Shown here one piece after another: positions 26,751-36,146 of a stretch of 64,000 nt of DNA. The notes under the pieces are model-generated. The model saw only the letters and a list, made by a program, of their open reading frames with translations, did no database searches and was not told where the DNA came from. A program made the translations under genes and the position numbers. The stretch is taken from positions 1-64,000 of the IMG/VR virus record IMGVR_UViG_3300003322_000571; one strand, 5' to 3'. Within the stretch, counting starts at the first letter, position 1; each line of letters starts with the position of its first letter.

Positions 26751-26893
26751 AATTTGTGACTTGAGATAACGAAAAGTTATCAACCTACAAAAGGCCCTGG
26801 AAAATCTTCAGGGCCTTTGTTTTTAGCATTGTTTGTCAAGGGAAAGACAGTAAATATAGACATGTAACGTCTGACGACAAAGGTACACGAATT

Positions 26894-29800
26894 ATGTCAC
26901 AAACAATCAAGATCAAGCGTTCCTCTGACCCAGGTAAGGTTCCTGCTTCATCGGAACTCGAACTTGGCGAATTGGCCATTAACACTTATGACGGTAAAAT
27001 CTTCTTCAAGAGGGATGATGGCACTGAAAGTATCGTCAACGTAACTGGCGAAACAGGCAATACTGGTCAACCAGCTGGTTCCTTGTACAACATTCAGATG
27101 AATGGTGGTGGTAATTCCTTCGCTGCTATTCCTAACGGCACTGACGGTTATATCCTGACGGCTCATGGCAATGCTACTCCAACATGGGAACCAGCACCTG
27201 CCACGGGCGTTACATCGGTTGCTGTTTCCGGTGGTACAACAGGTCTGACAACATCTGGTGGTCCAATTACTGGCGCTGGTACAATCACACTTGGTGGCAC
27301 ACTTGCTATTGCTAACGGTGGTACAGGTGCTACAACGGCAGGTGCTGCTCTGACAGCATTGTTGCCTTCACAAACGGGTAACAACGGTCGTGTCCTCTCC
27401 ACGGACGGCACAACGGCTTCTTGGATTGCTCCTCCTGCAGCAGGCGTGACATCTGTGCAGGCTTCGGGCGGTACGACCGGCATGACATTCTCAGGCGGTC
27501 CAATCACGTCGTCAGGTACATTGACGATGGCTGGTACTTTGGCAATCGCTAATGGTGGTACAGGTGCAACGACAGCTGCTAACGCCATCAATGCTCTCGT
27601 CCCTTCACAGACAGGTAACAGTGGTCGTTATTTGACGACAAACGGTACAGTTGTTTCGTGGTCGGCAGCTGCTCCTGGTACAGTTACATCGGTTCAAGGT
27701 TCAGGTGGCACAACAGGTCTGACGTTCTCCGGCGGTCCAATTACTACTACCGGTACGTTGACACTTGGTGGCACGTTGGCTGTTGCTAACGGTGGTACTG
27801 GTTCGACAACGCAATCGGGTGCTATTAACAATCTGTTGCCAGCACAATCTGGTCAAGGTGGTAAGGTTCTTACGACTGATGGTTCTGCTGTATCATGGAC
27901 GACTGCATCTGCTGGAACGGTCACGTCTGTTGCTATTGATCCAAGCACAACGGGTCTGACTTTTGCTGGTGGCCCAATTACTTCGTCTGGTACATTCACA
28001 GTTGGTGGTACGCTTGCTGTTGCTAACGGCGGTACAGGTGCTACAACTGCCAACAGTGCTTTGAATGCCCTCTTGCCTTCGCAGACGGGTAACTCTGGCC
28101 GCGTGTTGTCTACAAACGGTACTGACGCTTCTTGGATTGCTGCAGCTACGGGTACAGTTACATCGGTCGCTGTTTCCGGTGGTACAACTGGTTTGACGAC
28201 TTCCGGTGGTCCAGTCACAACTTCCGGTACAATCACTCTTGCAGGTACTCTTGCCTTGGCAAACGGTGGTACAGGTGCAACGACACAAGCTGGCGCTGCT
28301 AACGCTGTATTGCCATCACAGACGGGTAACTCCGGTCGCTACTTGACAACAAACGGCACGAACGTTTCTTGGTCAGCTGCTGCACCAGGCACTGTTACGT
28401 CTGTTCAGGCATCTGGCGGTACGACGGGATTGACATTTAGCGGTGGTCCAGTTACGACATCTGGTACGTTGACGCTGTCGGGTACATTGGCACTCGCTAA
28501 TGGTGGTACAGGTGCTACAACGCAAGCTGGTGCAGCTAACGCTGTTCTGCCATCTCAATCGACTTTCGCTGGTCAATTCTTGACGACTGACGGCACGAAC
28601 GTGTCGTGGGCAATGCCTTCGGCATCTGCCACATCGTTGAATGGTATCGGTACGACACCACGTAGTGCTACAACGGCTGGTGTATATGCTGGTATTGATG
28701 GCGGTTCCGATCCGATCGTTACATTGTCTAACCCTGCTGCAGGTGTTGACGGCGGCGTGTTCCAGATGTATGTTATCGATAACGGTTCGTTGAACCTCGG
28801 TTTCTCGAACGATGCATACAACCAAACGAACTTCTTGACGGTTACGCGTCCTGCAGCAAGCAGCACTGCATCGAACATCACGTTCGCAGCAACTGCAATG
28901 CAGATCAACGCTCCTGTAACTGCAACGTCGTTCTCTGGTGTTGGCACGAACTTGACAGCGTTGAACGCTTCGAACGTCAGCTCCGGTACGCTCGCTATCG
29001 CCAACGGCGGTACAGGTCAGACGACGGCATCTGGTGCAATCAACGCTCTGGTTCCATCGCAAACGGGTAACTCTGGTCGTGTTCTCGGTACGAACGGTAC
29101 AGCAGTATCTTGGGTTGCTGCATCGGCAGGTACGGTAACTTCGGTTGCAGCATCTGGCGGTACAACTGGTTTGACGTTCAGCGGTTCGCCAATCACAACG
29201 TCGGGTACTTTGACATTGTCGGGTACTTTGGCTTTGGCAAATGGTGGTACAGGTGCTACAACGCAGGCGGGTGCAGCTAACGCTGTATTGCCATCGCAGA
29301 CAAGCGCTGCTGGTCAGTTCTTGACAACGAACGGTACAAACGTATCGTGGGCAACTGTTTCTGCTACAACGTTGGGCGCGACAGGTATTTCGCCACGCGC
29401 TGCTAGCGGTTCGACGTCTGGTATCTACGCTGGTATTGACACGGCTCCTAACAACGACCCAACGTTCACGATGGTGAGCGGTGATGCTACAACTGGTAAC
29501 AAGGTTTCTCAGTTGTATATCGTTGACAGCGGTCAAATCAACTGGGGCTTCTGCGCTGATAACTTCAGCGGTCAAACAAACTTCTTGACGGTTGGCCGTT
29601 CGTCGGGTACGAACAACGCAAGCACGATCACGTTGACAAGCACAGCGTTCCAAGTTAACGCTGCGTTGACAGCAACGTCGTTGGCTGGTTCTGGTACAGG
29701 TATCACGGCACTGAGTGCTTCGAACATCTCTACTGGTGTTATCCAGGATCCATTGCGATTGGCAACGACGGGTACACCAAGCTCGTCGACGTATCTGCGT

Positions 29801-30358
29801 GGTGACTTGTCTTGGCAGCCAATTTCGTCTGCTGGTACTGTTACTTCGGTACAGGTTGCTGGTGGTACGACTGGTTTGACGTTCTCAGGTGGTCCTATCA
29901 CTACGAGCGGTACGATCACGATGGCTGGTACGCTTGCTATCGCCAACGGCGGTACAGGTCAGACGACAGCTTCTGGTGCAATTAACGCATTGGTTCCGTC
30001 TCAGACTGGTAACGCTGGTTTGTACTTGACAACGAACGGTACTTCTGTCTCTTGGGCTGCTGCATCTGCTACTGCTTCTAATATCCCACGTGTAACAACG
30101 TTCGATATTAACGCTCGTGGTGCTCGTGTTGCATTGACAGCTGACGTCACGGTTAACAGTGGCGTGTTTGCAGTTGGTGATGTTATCAGCTTCTACAACA
30201 CAACAGCTTCTACGCTCCAGTTGATCCAAGGTTCAGGTATGACGGGACGTTTGGATGGTACAGCTAACACAGGTACACGTACAATTCAGCCTTTCGGTGT
30301 GTGCTACATCTGGTTCAACACAACAACGGAATACATCGTTTCCGGTAGCGTTTTGTAA
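26894..30358 (+). CDS. long tail fibre with ~80-aa tandem repeats
   Basis: IKIKRSS...GELAINTYDGK; repeated GTVTSV..SGGTTGLT.SGGPITTSGT...ANGGTG...LPSQTGN. Confidence 0.85.
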   Translation: MSQTIKIKRSSDPGKVPASSELELGELAINTYDGKIFFKRDDGTESIVNVTGETGNTGQPAGSLYNIQMNGGGNSFAAIPNGTDGYILTAHGNATPTWEPAPATGVTSVAVSGGTTGLTTSGGPITGAGTITLGGTLAIANGGTGATTAGAALTALLPSQTGNNGRVLSTDGTTASWIAPPAAGVTSVQASGGTTGMTFSGGPITSSGTLTMAGTLAIANGGTGATTAANAINALVPSQTGNSGRYLTTNGTVVSWSAAAPGTVTSVQGSGGTTGLTFSGGPITTTGTLTLGGTLAVANGGTGSTTQSGAINNLLPAQSGQGGKVLTTDGSAVSWTTASAGTVTSVAIDPSTTGLTFAGGPITSSGTFTVGGTLAVANGGTGATTANSALNALLPSQTGNSGRVLSTNGTDASWIAAATGTVTSVAVSGGTTGLTTSGGPVTTSGTITLAGTLALANGGTGATTQAGAANAVLPSQTGNSGRYLTTNGTNVSWSAAAPGTVTSVQASGGTTGLTFSGGPVTTSGTLTLSGTLALANGGTGATTQAGAANAVLPSQSTFAGQFLTTDGTNVSWAMPSASATSLNGIGTTPRSATTAGVYAGIDGGSDPIVTLSNPAAGVDGGVFQMYVIDNGSLNLGFSNDAYNQTNFLTVTRPAASSTASNITFAATAMQINAPVTATSFSGVGTNLTALNASNVSSGTLAIANGGTGQTTASGAINALVPSQTGNSGRVLGTNGTAVSWVAASAGTVTSVAASGGTTGLTFSGSPITTSGTLTLSGTLALANGGTGATTQAGAANAVLPSQTSAAGQFLTTNGTNVSWATVSATTLGATGISPRAASGSTSGIYAGIDTAPNNDPTFTMVSGDATTGNKVSQLYIVDSGQINWGFCADNFSGQTNFLTVGRSSGTNNASTITLTSTAFQVNAALTATSLAGSGTGITALSASNISTGVIQDPLRLATTGTPSSSTYLRGDLSWQPISSAGTVTSVQVAGGTTGLTFSGGPITTSGTITMAGTLAIANGGTGQTTASGAINALVPSQTGNAGLYLTTNGTSVSWAAASATASNIPRVTTFDINARGARVALTADVTVNSGVFAVGDVISFYNTTASTLQLIQGSGMTGRLDGTANTGTRTIQPFGVCYIWFNTTTEYIVSGSVL

Positions 30359-30367
30359 GGATAACTA

Positions 30368-32458
30368 ATGAGCTTTCTTGCTGGTATGGTTAACGGAACA
30401 ACAGGCCGCTCAGGCCTTGTTGTTCCAACGACCTTTACGTTGAAAACTTCGTCGACTAATAACCAAACGTCGACGAGTAGTATTACTGCCGTTGACAATA
30501 ACTCAGGAACTAACACAGTTCCTGTGACAGTAGTCAACCCAACTCTTGGTTCTGTTTCTTCATTCACACCGTTCTGCAGTCCTCAGGGGTATTGGAGTTA
30601 TTCAGCCAACGCAACAATTGGTGATGGATCAACGATTTATCCTACTAATGCTGCATTGGTGACAAGCACAGGTGACTTTACGTGGGAAGCATATATCACA
30701 CGTAACACGACATCGTCTGCTGTTATGTGCTTGGCTAACACGAGCACAGCTGGACAGGCTATTCTTCGTGTTACAGGTGACACTGCAGCCAACATTCTTG
30801 GTTTGTTCTCGTACACAGGATCTGCTTTTGCAACAGCACTTAAGGGTGGTCAGTGGGCTCACTTTGCTATCGTCCGTGCTTCTAGTACAATCTCTGTTTA
30901 CTTGAACGGTAGGTTGTTGATGCCGCCTGTAACAGGTAACAATACGTCGTTCTCGTTTACAGGATCTGGAGCTTTGATTGGTGGTGCTAACAACAGCGTT
31001 ACAAACCAAGAATGGATTGGTAACATTAGCAACCTCCGTATCACGATCGGTACTGCTGTATACACAGGTCAATTCATTCCATCGAACGCACCACTAACAA
31101 CATTGGCTAACACAAAGCTATTGATGTTCTGCGGTCCATCACACCTTGACTACTCTGGTTCTGGTACGACGTTCACATATTCGACGACTGCGACGTACTC
31201 TGCACGCATCAGCCAAGCTAATCCATTCACAACAACGCAAAGTTTTGTGCCTGCAAGTGATATTGGATCTTTAGCAAACATTAGTCGAGCGGGTGCTGCT
31301 ACGACTATGACTTACATTACGTTGAATTCTGCACCTGCAGCTATCGGAGCTTCTGATTGGACGGCAGAAGGTTGGTTTTACTTTACGTCAAACGTCGCGG
31401 CAGCATCATTTATGAGTTGCTGGATCAACGGAAATAACGGTGCTTCGTCATGGGCTCTTAGTCAAGGTGGAGGCGGTGCCGGTTCAAGTGCGGGCGATCA
31501 GACAAAGCTTCGTATTGTTACGAACGCTGGTGGTGTTAGTGACGTCAACTTCGGTGCACAAGGCACGCTACCTTTAAACAGTTGGGTTCACGTTGCTGTA
31601 TGTCGTTCTGGTGGTACTCTCCGTTTGTACTCTAACGGGGTACAGGTGTTTACCACATCAGGAGGTCCAGGAACTGGAACGTATGCAAACAACCCAACAT
31701 TGACGCTGTTTAACTACAGTAACGCTGGAAGTAACCAATGTAACGGCTATGCGTATAACGTCCGCTATATGATTGGTACAGCTGCTTATACAGGTACAAC
31801 ATACACGATCCCGACGGGGCCACTGGCTGCTACAGGATCAACTGCTATGTTCAACTTCCGCAACCCGGGATTGTATGACGGCACAGGAAATGCGGGAATT
31901 ATTACAGCTGGTGATACTACCCGTTTGACTACAGCTACAGCTGCTTACGGAACGACTTCTGTTAGTTTGCCTAACGCTGGTGACTATCTGTTGCTGACAA
32001 ATCCCCGTGCAGCTTTCCAATTTGGCAACGGTGACTTCACTGTTGAAGGTTGGATTAACTGGACGAATGCTGATTCAACATTGTTCTACATTATCGACGG
32101 TCGCAACCCTTCACAGACGTCGGGTTGGAACTTGTCGCGTAGTGCAGCCAACAAACTGGTATGGTCAAACGGTACTGGTACAGCAGGAGCAATCCTAACG
32201 TCCACAGCAAACCTTGATGTCATGAACACATGGACTCACGTTGCGTACTGCCGTACAGCTGGTGTCGGTCGTTTGTTCATTAACGGTGTTCTCGATTCGT
32301 CGGTTACTGATACGACGGTATATGACATCTCTTCGTACTACGCATACATCGGTGCTGGATCGAACGCTGTGTCTCAAATGAACGGTAACGTTCAAGGTTT
32401 CCGCGTATCAAAGTTTGGTAGGTACACAGCAAACTTCACGCCACCAACAAACATCTAA
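30368..32458 (+). CDS. LamG/concanavalin-like triple-domain adhesin
   Basis: Three D(F/W)TxE(G/A) ... WxH(V/F)A..R ... NG repeats. Confidence 0.85.
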   Translation: MSFLAGMVNGTTGRSGLVVPTTFTLKTSSTNNQTSTSSITAVDNNSGTNTVPVTVVNPTLGSVSSFTPFCSPQGYWSYSANATIGDGSTIYPTNAALVTSTGDFTWEAYITRNTTSSAVMCLANTSTAGQAILRVTGDTAANILGLFSYTGSAFATALKGGQWAHFAIVRASSTISVYLNGRLLMPPVTGNNTSFSFTGSGALIGGANNSVTNQEWIGNISNLRITIGTAVYTGQFIPSNAPLTTLANTKLLMFCGPSHLDYSGSGTTFTYSTTATYSARISQANPFTTTQSFVPASDIGSLANISRAGAATTMTYITLNSAPAAIGASDWTAEGWFYFTSNVAAASFMSCWINGNNGASSWALSQGGGGAGSSAGDQTKLRIVTNAGGVSDVNFGAQGTLPLNSWVHVAVCRSGGTLRLYSNGVQVFTTSGGPGTGTYANNPTLTLFNYSNAGSNQCNGYAYNVRYMIGTAAYTGTTYTIPTGPLAATGSTAMFNFRNPGLYDGTGNAGIITAGDTTRLTTATAAYGTTSVSLPNAGDYLLLTNPRAAFQFGNGDFTVEGWINWTNADSTLFYIIDGRNPSQTSGWNLSRSAANKLVWSNGTGTAGAILTSTANLDVMNTWTHVAYCRTAGVGRLFINGVLDSSVTDTTVYDISSYYAYIGAGSNAVSQMNGNVQGFRVSKFGRYTANFTPPTNI

Positions 32459-32461
32459 CAC

Positions 32462-32485
32462 AGGACCCTTCGGGGTCCTTTTTTA
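32462..32485 (+). terminator. intrinsic terminator
   Basis: AGGACCC-TTCG-GGGTCCTTTTTT. Confidence 0.85.
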
Positions 32486-32616
32486 TACCCTGTTGACTTG
32501 GTCTAAATATTGAGAGAAAGTTTACTTCATCGATTGATTGCTTAGGTAGCTTTTGCTGCACTAAGCATAAATAAAAGGACACGCCACTCTTGGCACAATT
32601 TTTGGAAGCAAACGAA

Positions 32617-32758
32617 ATGTTCAACCACAATGTGATTACCGTCAAGGCAGCCACAAATGCGATTAAAAATTCGCAGGGGGTTCTTCGTAGCTAAAGAAAA
32701 TGCGCAAGCACAGCTAACACAAGAGCCCTGGCAGATGAAAATCACCAGGGCTTTTTTG
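32617..32758 (+). promoter_or_regulatory. putative leader-peptide attenuator upstream of tRNA array 2
   Basis: 25-aa ORF 32617-32694; terminator AAGAGCCCTGG...CCAGGGCTTTTTT; GGGGTTCTT in the ORF can pair with the terminator 5' arm. Confidence 0.65.
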
Positions 32759-32854
32759 TTAACTGTTGTTCTGAGAGTACCGCGAGACCATGCATGAAAA
32801 CTGCTGGCCGGCCTTAGTAGCAACAATCGTTCTTTCACAATTTAGATGTACTTT

Positions 32855-32927
32855 CTTCCGTTGGTGTAATTGGCAGCACACCAGACTTTTAATCTGGCAG
32901 GTCCGGGATCGTTGCCCGGGCGGAGGA
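32855..32927 (+). tRNA. tRNA-Lys(TTT)
   Basis: CCAGA-CTTTTAA-TCTGG. Confidence 0.85.
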
Positions 32928-32944
32928 CAATATGTGTACAAAGC

Positions 32945-33027
32945 TCCACAGTAAGCATAATTGGTACTGCAACGCACTGTTAATGCGTCTTCCTTGAGTC
33001 TTGCTGGTTCGAGTCCAGCCTGTGGAG
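32945..33027 (+). tRNA. tRNA-Asn(GTT) with an enlarged variable loop, nested in an inverted repeat
   Basis: ACGCA-CTGTTAA-TGCGT. Confidence 0.85.
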
Positions 33028-33041
33028 CTTTGTACACATAT

Positions 33042-33119
33042 TCCGGGAGAGGCGCCGTGGTGGCAACCGCTTGACTGTTAATCAAGATTAGACTGGTTCG
33101 ACTCCAGTTCCCGGAGCCA
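33042..33119 (+). tRNA. tRNA-Asn(GTT)
   Basis: CTTGA-CTGTTAA-TCAAG; GCCA end. Confidence 0.9.
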
Positions 33120-33129
33120 AAATAAGGAG

Positions 33130-33516
33130 ATGCATATGAAGCACGTTGCAATTATCGTTGGGGGTTACCATGATTTCGATTATAATGACTACAATTCTGT
33201 TACTAAGCTGATCGCTTCTTCGATCACTGAATGGACAGAAGTGTCCGATGAACAGTTCGAACTGTTGAAGCGTGCTCAATCATATGATTATCACAATCGT
33301 TTTACCTTGATTGAACGTCCTGTTGACGAACCAGCATATGTTCGTAAGACAGTTGACGATTATGTCAAGTGGGCTAAGGCTGAAGAAGACAAGAAAGCTA
33401 AAGAAAAGCAAAAGGCCGCTGAGGCAGCCCTAGCTAAGAAGCTCAAGCGTGAAGCGAAGACGCTTGCTGATAAGCGAAAGCTACTCGACAAGCTAAAGGA
33501 AGAGCTTGGCGAATAA
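33130..33516 (+). CDS. hypothetical protein with a Lys-rich coiled coil
   Basis: AAGGAG RBS. Confidence 0.7.
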   Translation: MHMKHVAIIVGGYHDFDYNDYNSVTKLIASSITEWTEVSDEQFELLKRAQSYDYHNRFTLIERPVDEPAYVRKTVDDYVKWAKAEEDKKAKEKQKAAEAALAKKLKREAKTLADKRKLLDKLKEELGE

Positions 33517-33520
33517 ACAA

Positions 33521-33599
33521 GGGTTCTGTGTTGATGCTGGTTGACTGCTTGCCTTCGGGGGCAGTCAACGCCCGGGTACAAGTCCTGGAGAATCCACCA
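33521..33599 (+). ncRNA. tmRNA tRNA-like-domain mimic (G3:U70, A73, UUCG-capped stem)
   Basis: GGGTTCT/AGAATCC-ACCA; no D-stem; long GTTGACTGC/GCAGTCAAC helix; T-arm CCGGG-TACAAGT-CCTGG. Confidence 0.7.
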
Positions 33600-33603
33600 A
33601 ATT

Positions 33604-33675
33604 GGGACGTTGGCAGAATGGTTATGCACCGGACTCTTAATCCGACTTATCCGAGTTCGATCCTCGGGCGTCCTA
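33604..33675 (+). tRNA. tRNA-Lys(CTT)
   Basis: CGGA-CTCTTAA-TCCG. Confidence 0.9.
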
Positions 33676-33699
33676 CAGTTTAAGGTAATATTGTTTTAT

Positions 33700-33774
33700 G
33701 GGAGTATGGCGTAGCTGGAAACGTACTAGGCTCTTACCCTTGTGTCCACGGTTCGAATCCGTGTGCTCCCACCA
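33700..33774 (+). tRNA. tRNA-Lys(CTT), variant
   Basis: AGG-CTCTTAC-CCT; CCA. Confidence 0.85.
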
Positions 33775-33790
33775 ACTTTGAAAGGATTAG

Positions 33791-34024
33791 ATGACTCTAC
33801 CTTCAACATATCAGATCGGTGACGTAGTACTATACCTTCCGTACGAGATGCGTGAGGATGATCACGTGATTCATATTCGCGCTACGATCGTTGCTGTAAC
33901 GTTTACAAAAGCGAAAGTGTTCTATGACATTGTATTTGAGTTGGAAGGTACAGAGTATCTGAAGCAACGAGTAGATTCAGCTTTTGTGCTGAATGACAGC
34001 ACAAATGTTCGTGTGGTTCATTAA
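33791..34024 (+). CDS. hypothetical protein
   Basis: AAGGA RBS. Confidence 0.65.
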   Translation: MTLPSTYQIGDVVLYLPYEMREDDHVIHIRATIVAVTFTKAKVFYDIVFELEGTEYLKQRVDSAFVLNDSTNVRVVH

Positions 34025-34127
34025 CCTAATCGGTTGACGATAAGTTGTGTGCTGAACTGAATAAATGCGTTGTTGTAAGGTACACGATCGACTACTATCA
34101 ACGGTAGTATACTCTAGAGATTAAATT

Positions 34128-34200
34128 GCCCAGCGGTGTGGCTGGTGAAACTACCTCTCTTACAAAGAGGATTTGCGGGGTTCGAAACCCTGGCTGGGCA
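34128..34200 (+). tRNA. tRNA-Val(TAC), divergent D-arm
   Basis: CCTCT-CTTACAA-AGAGG. Confidence 0.8.
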
Positions 34201-34256
34201 CAGTAACCTAATACGTTGTGAAACAATTAGGTTAACATTAAAATACTTCAAACAAT

Positions 34257-34330
34257 TCCCGGTTAGTTCAATGGCAGAACATCGTGCTGATAACGCGGAG
34301 ACACAGGATCGTAACCTGTACTGGGAACCA
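34257..34330 (+). tRNA. tRNA-Ile(GAT)
   Basis: Loop CT-GAT-AA; CCA. Confidence 0.85.
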
Positions 34331-34343
34331 ATAGGAGACTGAT

Positions 34344-34820
34344 ATGCCTTGGCCTGATGCAATGGATGGCGACATGGACGATTACTATTATGGTCCTATT
34401 GGGCCTGCTGGTCGAATCGGAGGTGGCGCAGATCAACAGTATGCGGAACGATATTCGCATGACAATTCTGCACGTTCATCGCCTTTGTATCAGTTCAATA
34501 GCTTAGAAGAGCTTGTCACTTCTGAAGTGTTCCAGCAACAGCTAGGAATGGCGCTTGAATGCAAGAACAAGCAAATTGCTGAGCTTCGCCAAGAATTGAT
34601 CGACAAACACCCAGGACATCCTAGTACTGAAGCGGTGTTTGATCAGTGGGAATGGATTCAGCAAAACCAGTCGAAGTCGTTCTGGTCGTTTGGATACAAC
34701 ATGATTCGTAAGAATTATTGTTATAGTGGGTTTGGTACGTACGGATTTGGATTTCCATCGTATTACCACGCATATGCTGCAGCAAACAGGTACGAAGCAC
34801 CTGAAAGTGCTGCAGATTGA
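34344..34820 (+). CDS. hypothetical protein
   Basis: AGGAG RBS. Confidence 0.65.
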   Translation: MPWPDAMDGDMDDYYYGPIGPAGRIGGGADQQYAERYSHDNSARSSPLYQFNSLEELVTSEVFQQQLGMALECKNKQIAELRQELIDKHPGHPSTEAVFDQWEWIQQNQSKSFWSFGYNMIRKNYCYSGFGTYGFGFPSYYHAYAAANRYEAPESAAD

Positions 34821-34826
34821 TAGTCT

Positions 34827-34901
34827 GGTGGGGTAGCTCAGAGGCAGAGCAATCGGTCGATAACCGATAGGTCGAGATTTCGAAATTCTCTCTCACCACC
34901 A
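34827..34901 (+). tRNA. tRNA-Ile(GAT), with an unusual C33
   Basis: ATCGG-TCGATAA-CCGAT; CCA. Confidence 0.85.
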
Positions 34902-34911
34902 AATAGTCACT

Positions 34912-34986
34912 GCTCCGTAAACATTGACGGTGATGCCTGGTTTTGTAGTCCAGTTGAAGGCGGTTCGAATCCGTCACGGAGCACCA
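34912..34986 (+). tRNA. tRNA-Thr(TGT)
   Basis: GCTCCGT/ACGGAGC; loop TT-TGT-AG. Confidence 0.8.
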
Positions 34987-34988
34987 AT

Positions 34989-35067
34989 CCTCGTGTTAAG
35001 CGCCCTTGTGCACAGGGTAGCCAATAGGTATGGACAATGTTACTTTCGACGGTAACCACGGGGGCCA
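34989..35067 (+). ncRNA. D-arm-less tRNA-like RNA
   Basis: CCTCGTG/CACGGGG-GCCA; three internal hairpins including a TTCGA loop. Confidence 0.5.
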
Positions 35068-35085
35068 AATAACAAGGGAGCAACC

Positions 35086-35283
35086 ATGATCACATTTAGC
35101 GAACTGCGTAAATCGTACAAGTATTTCAAGAACGAGCTTCAGACGAACGACAAGGCAAAGATTTTCAATGCGATGGTGACAGATTTCACCGCCAGTGATC
35201 AAATCAACCCGTTCGACTATGCTGAAGTTGGTCACTTCTATGTGCGTGTTTCGCTGTACCGCCTGATCGCCTGGTTGTACTAA
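35086..35283 (+). CDS. hypothetical protein
   Basis: GGAG RBS. Confidence 0.6.
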   Translation: MITFSELRKSYKYFKNELQTNDKAKIFNAMVTDFTASDQINPFDYAEVGHFYVRVSLYRLIAWLY

Positions 35284-35290
35284 CAAGAAT

Positions 35291-35369
35291 TTGCGGCTGC
35301 GTAGCAACACGGTTACTTCTTTGACTCTTAATCAAAACCATAACACCGTTAGCGATTTTATCTCCGCAA
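35291..35369 (+). ncRNA. Y RNA-like RNA 5: minimal, displaying a tRNA-Lys(CTT) anticodon arm
   Basis: GCGGCTGCGTAG...GGTTACTTC-[TTTGA-CTCTTAA-TCAAA]...TTTATCTCCGC. Confidence 0.72.
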
Positions 35370-35388
35370 CTTAATTTCTGGACTGACA

Positions 35389-35856
35389 ATGAATCAGTAT
35401 GTCACTGGCGTTCTTGATAACGACGCTAAAGGAACCACAGGTGTCGGCACTATCTTCTTCGTCGATGTAACACTCGACGGAATTAAGACAAGGCATACGT
35501 GGGGACTGGTTGAACAAATTCAAGGGAAGTTCGATCTAGACGCTGTCGTCGCTCCTGTTCGCGAACGTTTGAAAGCAGCTGCTTCTGCACAGAAGGCAGC
35601 TGAAGAACAAGCGAAGAAGGAAAAGATGGAGCAGCGTGAAGCAAGCGTTGTAGTTGATGACGTACTGGCTTCACTTGTCAAGACAGTACTGAACGATTCG
35701 GGAAGCGCAAAAGCGATTTCTGAGTACAAGTCGGGCAAGGAAAAAGCACTGAATGCACTCGTCGGATCTGTGATCAAGCAGATCAGGACCCAGAAGTTGA
35801 ATGTCAGCTTCGATGCATTCACAATCAACAGAGCTCTGCAAGCACAACTTGCATGA
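35389..35856 (+). CDS. protein with a C-terminal GatB/YqeY tail domain
   Basis: EYKSGKEKALNALVGSVIK. Confidence 0.65.
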   Translation: MNQYVTGVLDNDAKGTTGVGTIFFVDVTLDGIKTRHTWGLVEQIQGKFDLDAVVAPVRERLKAAASAQKAAEEQAKKEKMEQREASVVVDDVLASLVKTVLNDSGSAKAISEYKSGKEKALNALVGSVIKQIRTQKLNVSFDAFTINRALQAQLA

Positions 35857-35862
35857 GTCAAT

Positions 35863-35935
35863 TCCGGTGTAGCTCAGAGGTAGTAGCAACTGACTGTTAA
35901 TCAGTGGGTCGGAGGTTCGATCCCTTCCACCGGAG
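35863..35935 (+). tRNA. tRNA-Asn(GTT)
   Basis: ACTGA-CTGTTAA-TCAGT. Confidence 0.92.
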
Positions 35936-35953
35936 CAAATTTAGGAGTGTCAG

Positions 35954-36145
35954 ATGTTCGCATTGACCAAAGAACAGAGTGAAAAGCTGAACGAATGGGC
36001 CAAGGCCCTGAAGAACGGGCCTACAGGTGCTATCGGTGGTCGCTTCACATACAGTTTCACGCCAACGAGTCTTGGTACAATCGTCAAAGTCAAATGTGGC
36101 TTGACGAATGAAGAAGTTGATCTGACGGATTATCAGGACTGGTAA
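35954..36145 (+). CDS. conserved-type phage hypothetical protein
   Basis: GAIGGRFTYSFTPTSLG. Confidence 0.7.
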   Translation: MFALTKEQSEKLNEWAKALKNGPTGAIGGRFTYSFTPTSLGTIVKVKCGLTNEEVDLTDYQDW

Positions 36146-36146
36146 T

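Noticed and set aside
26894-30358. Possible CRISPR array or DGR suggested by repeated DNA
   Set aside because: The repeats are in-frame protein repeats with synonymous variation; there are no identical repeats with unique spacers and no reverse transcriptase.
33521-33599. Complete tmRNA (ssrA)
   Set aside because: Only 79 nt, closed by a tetraloop; no tag reading frame or pseudoknots.
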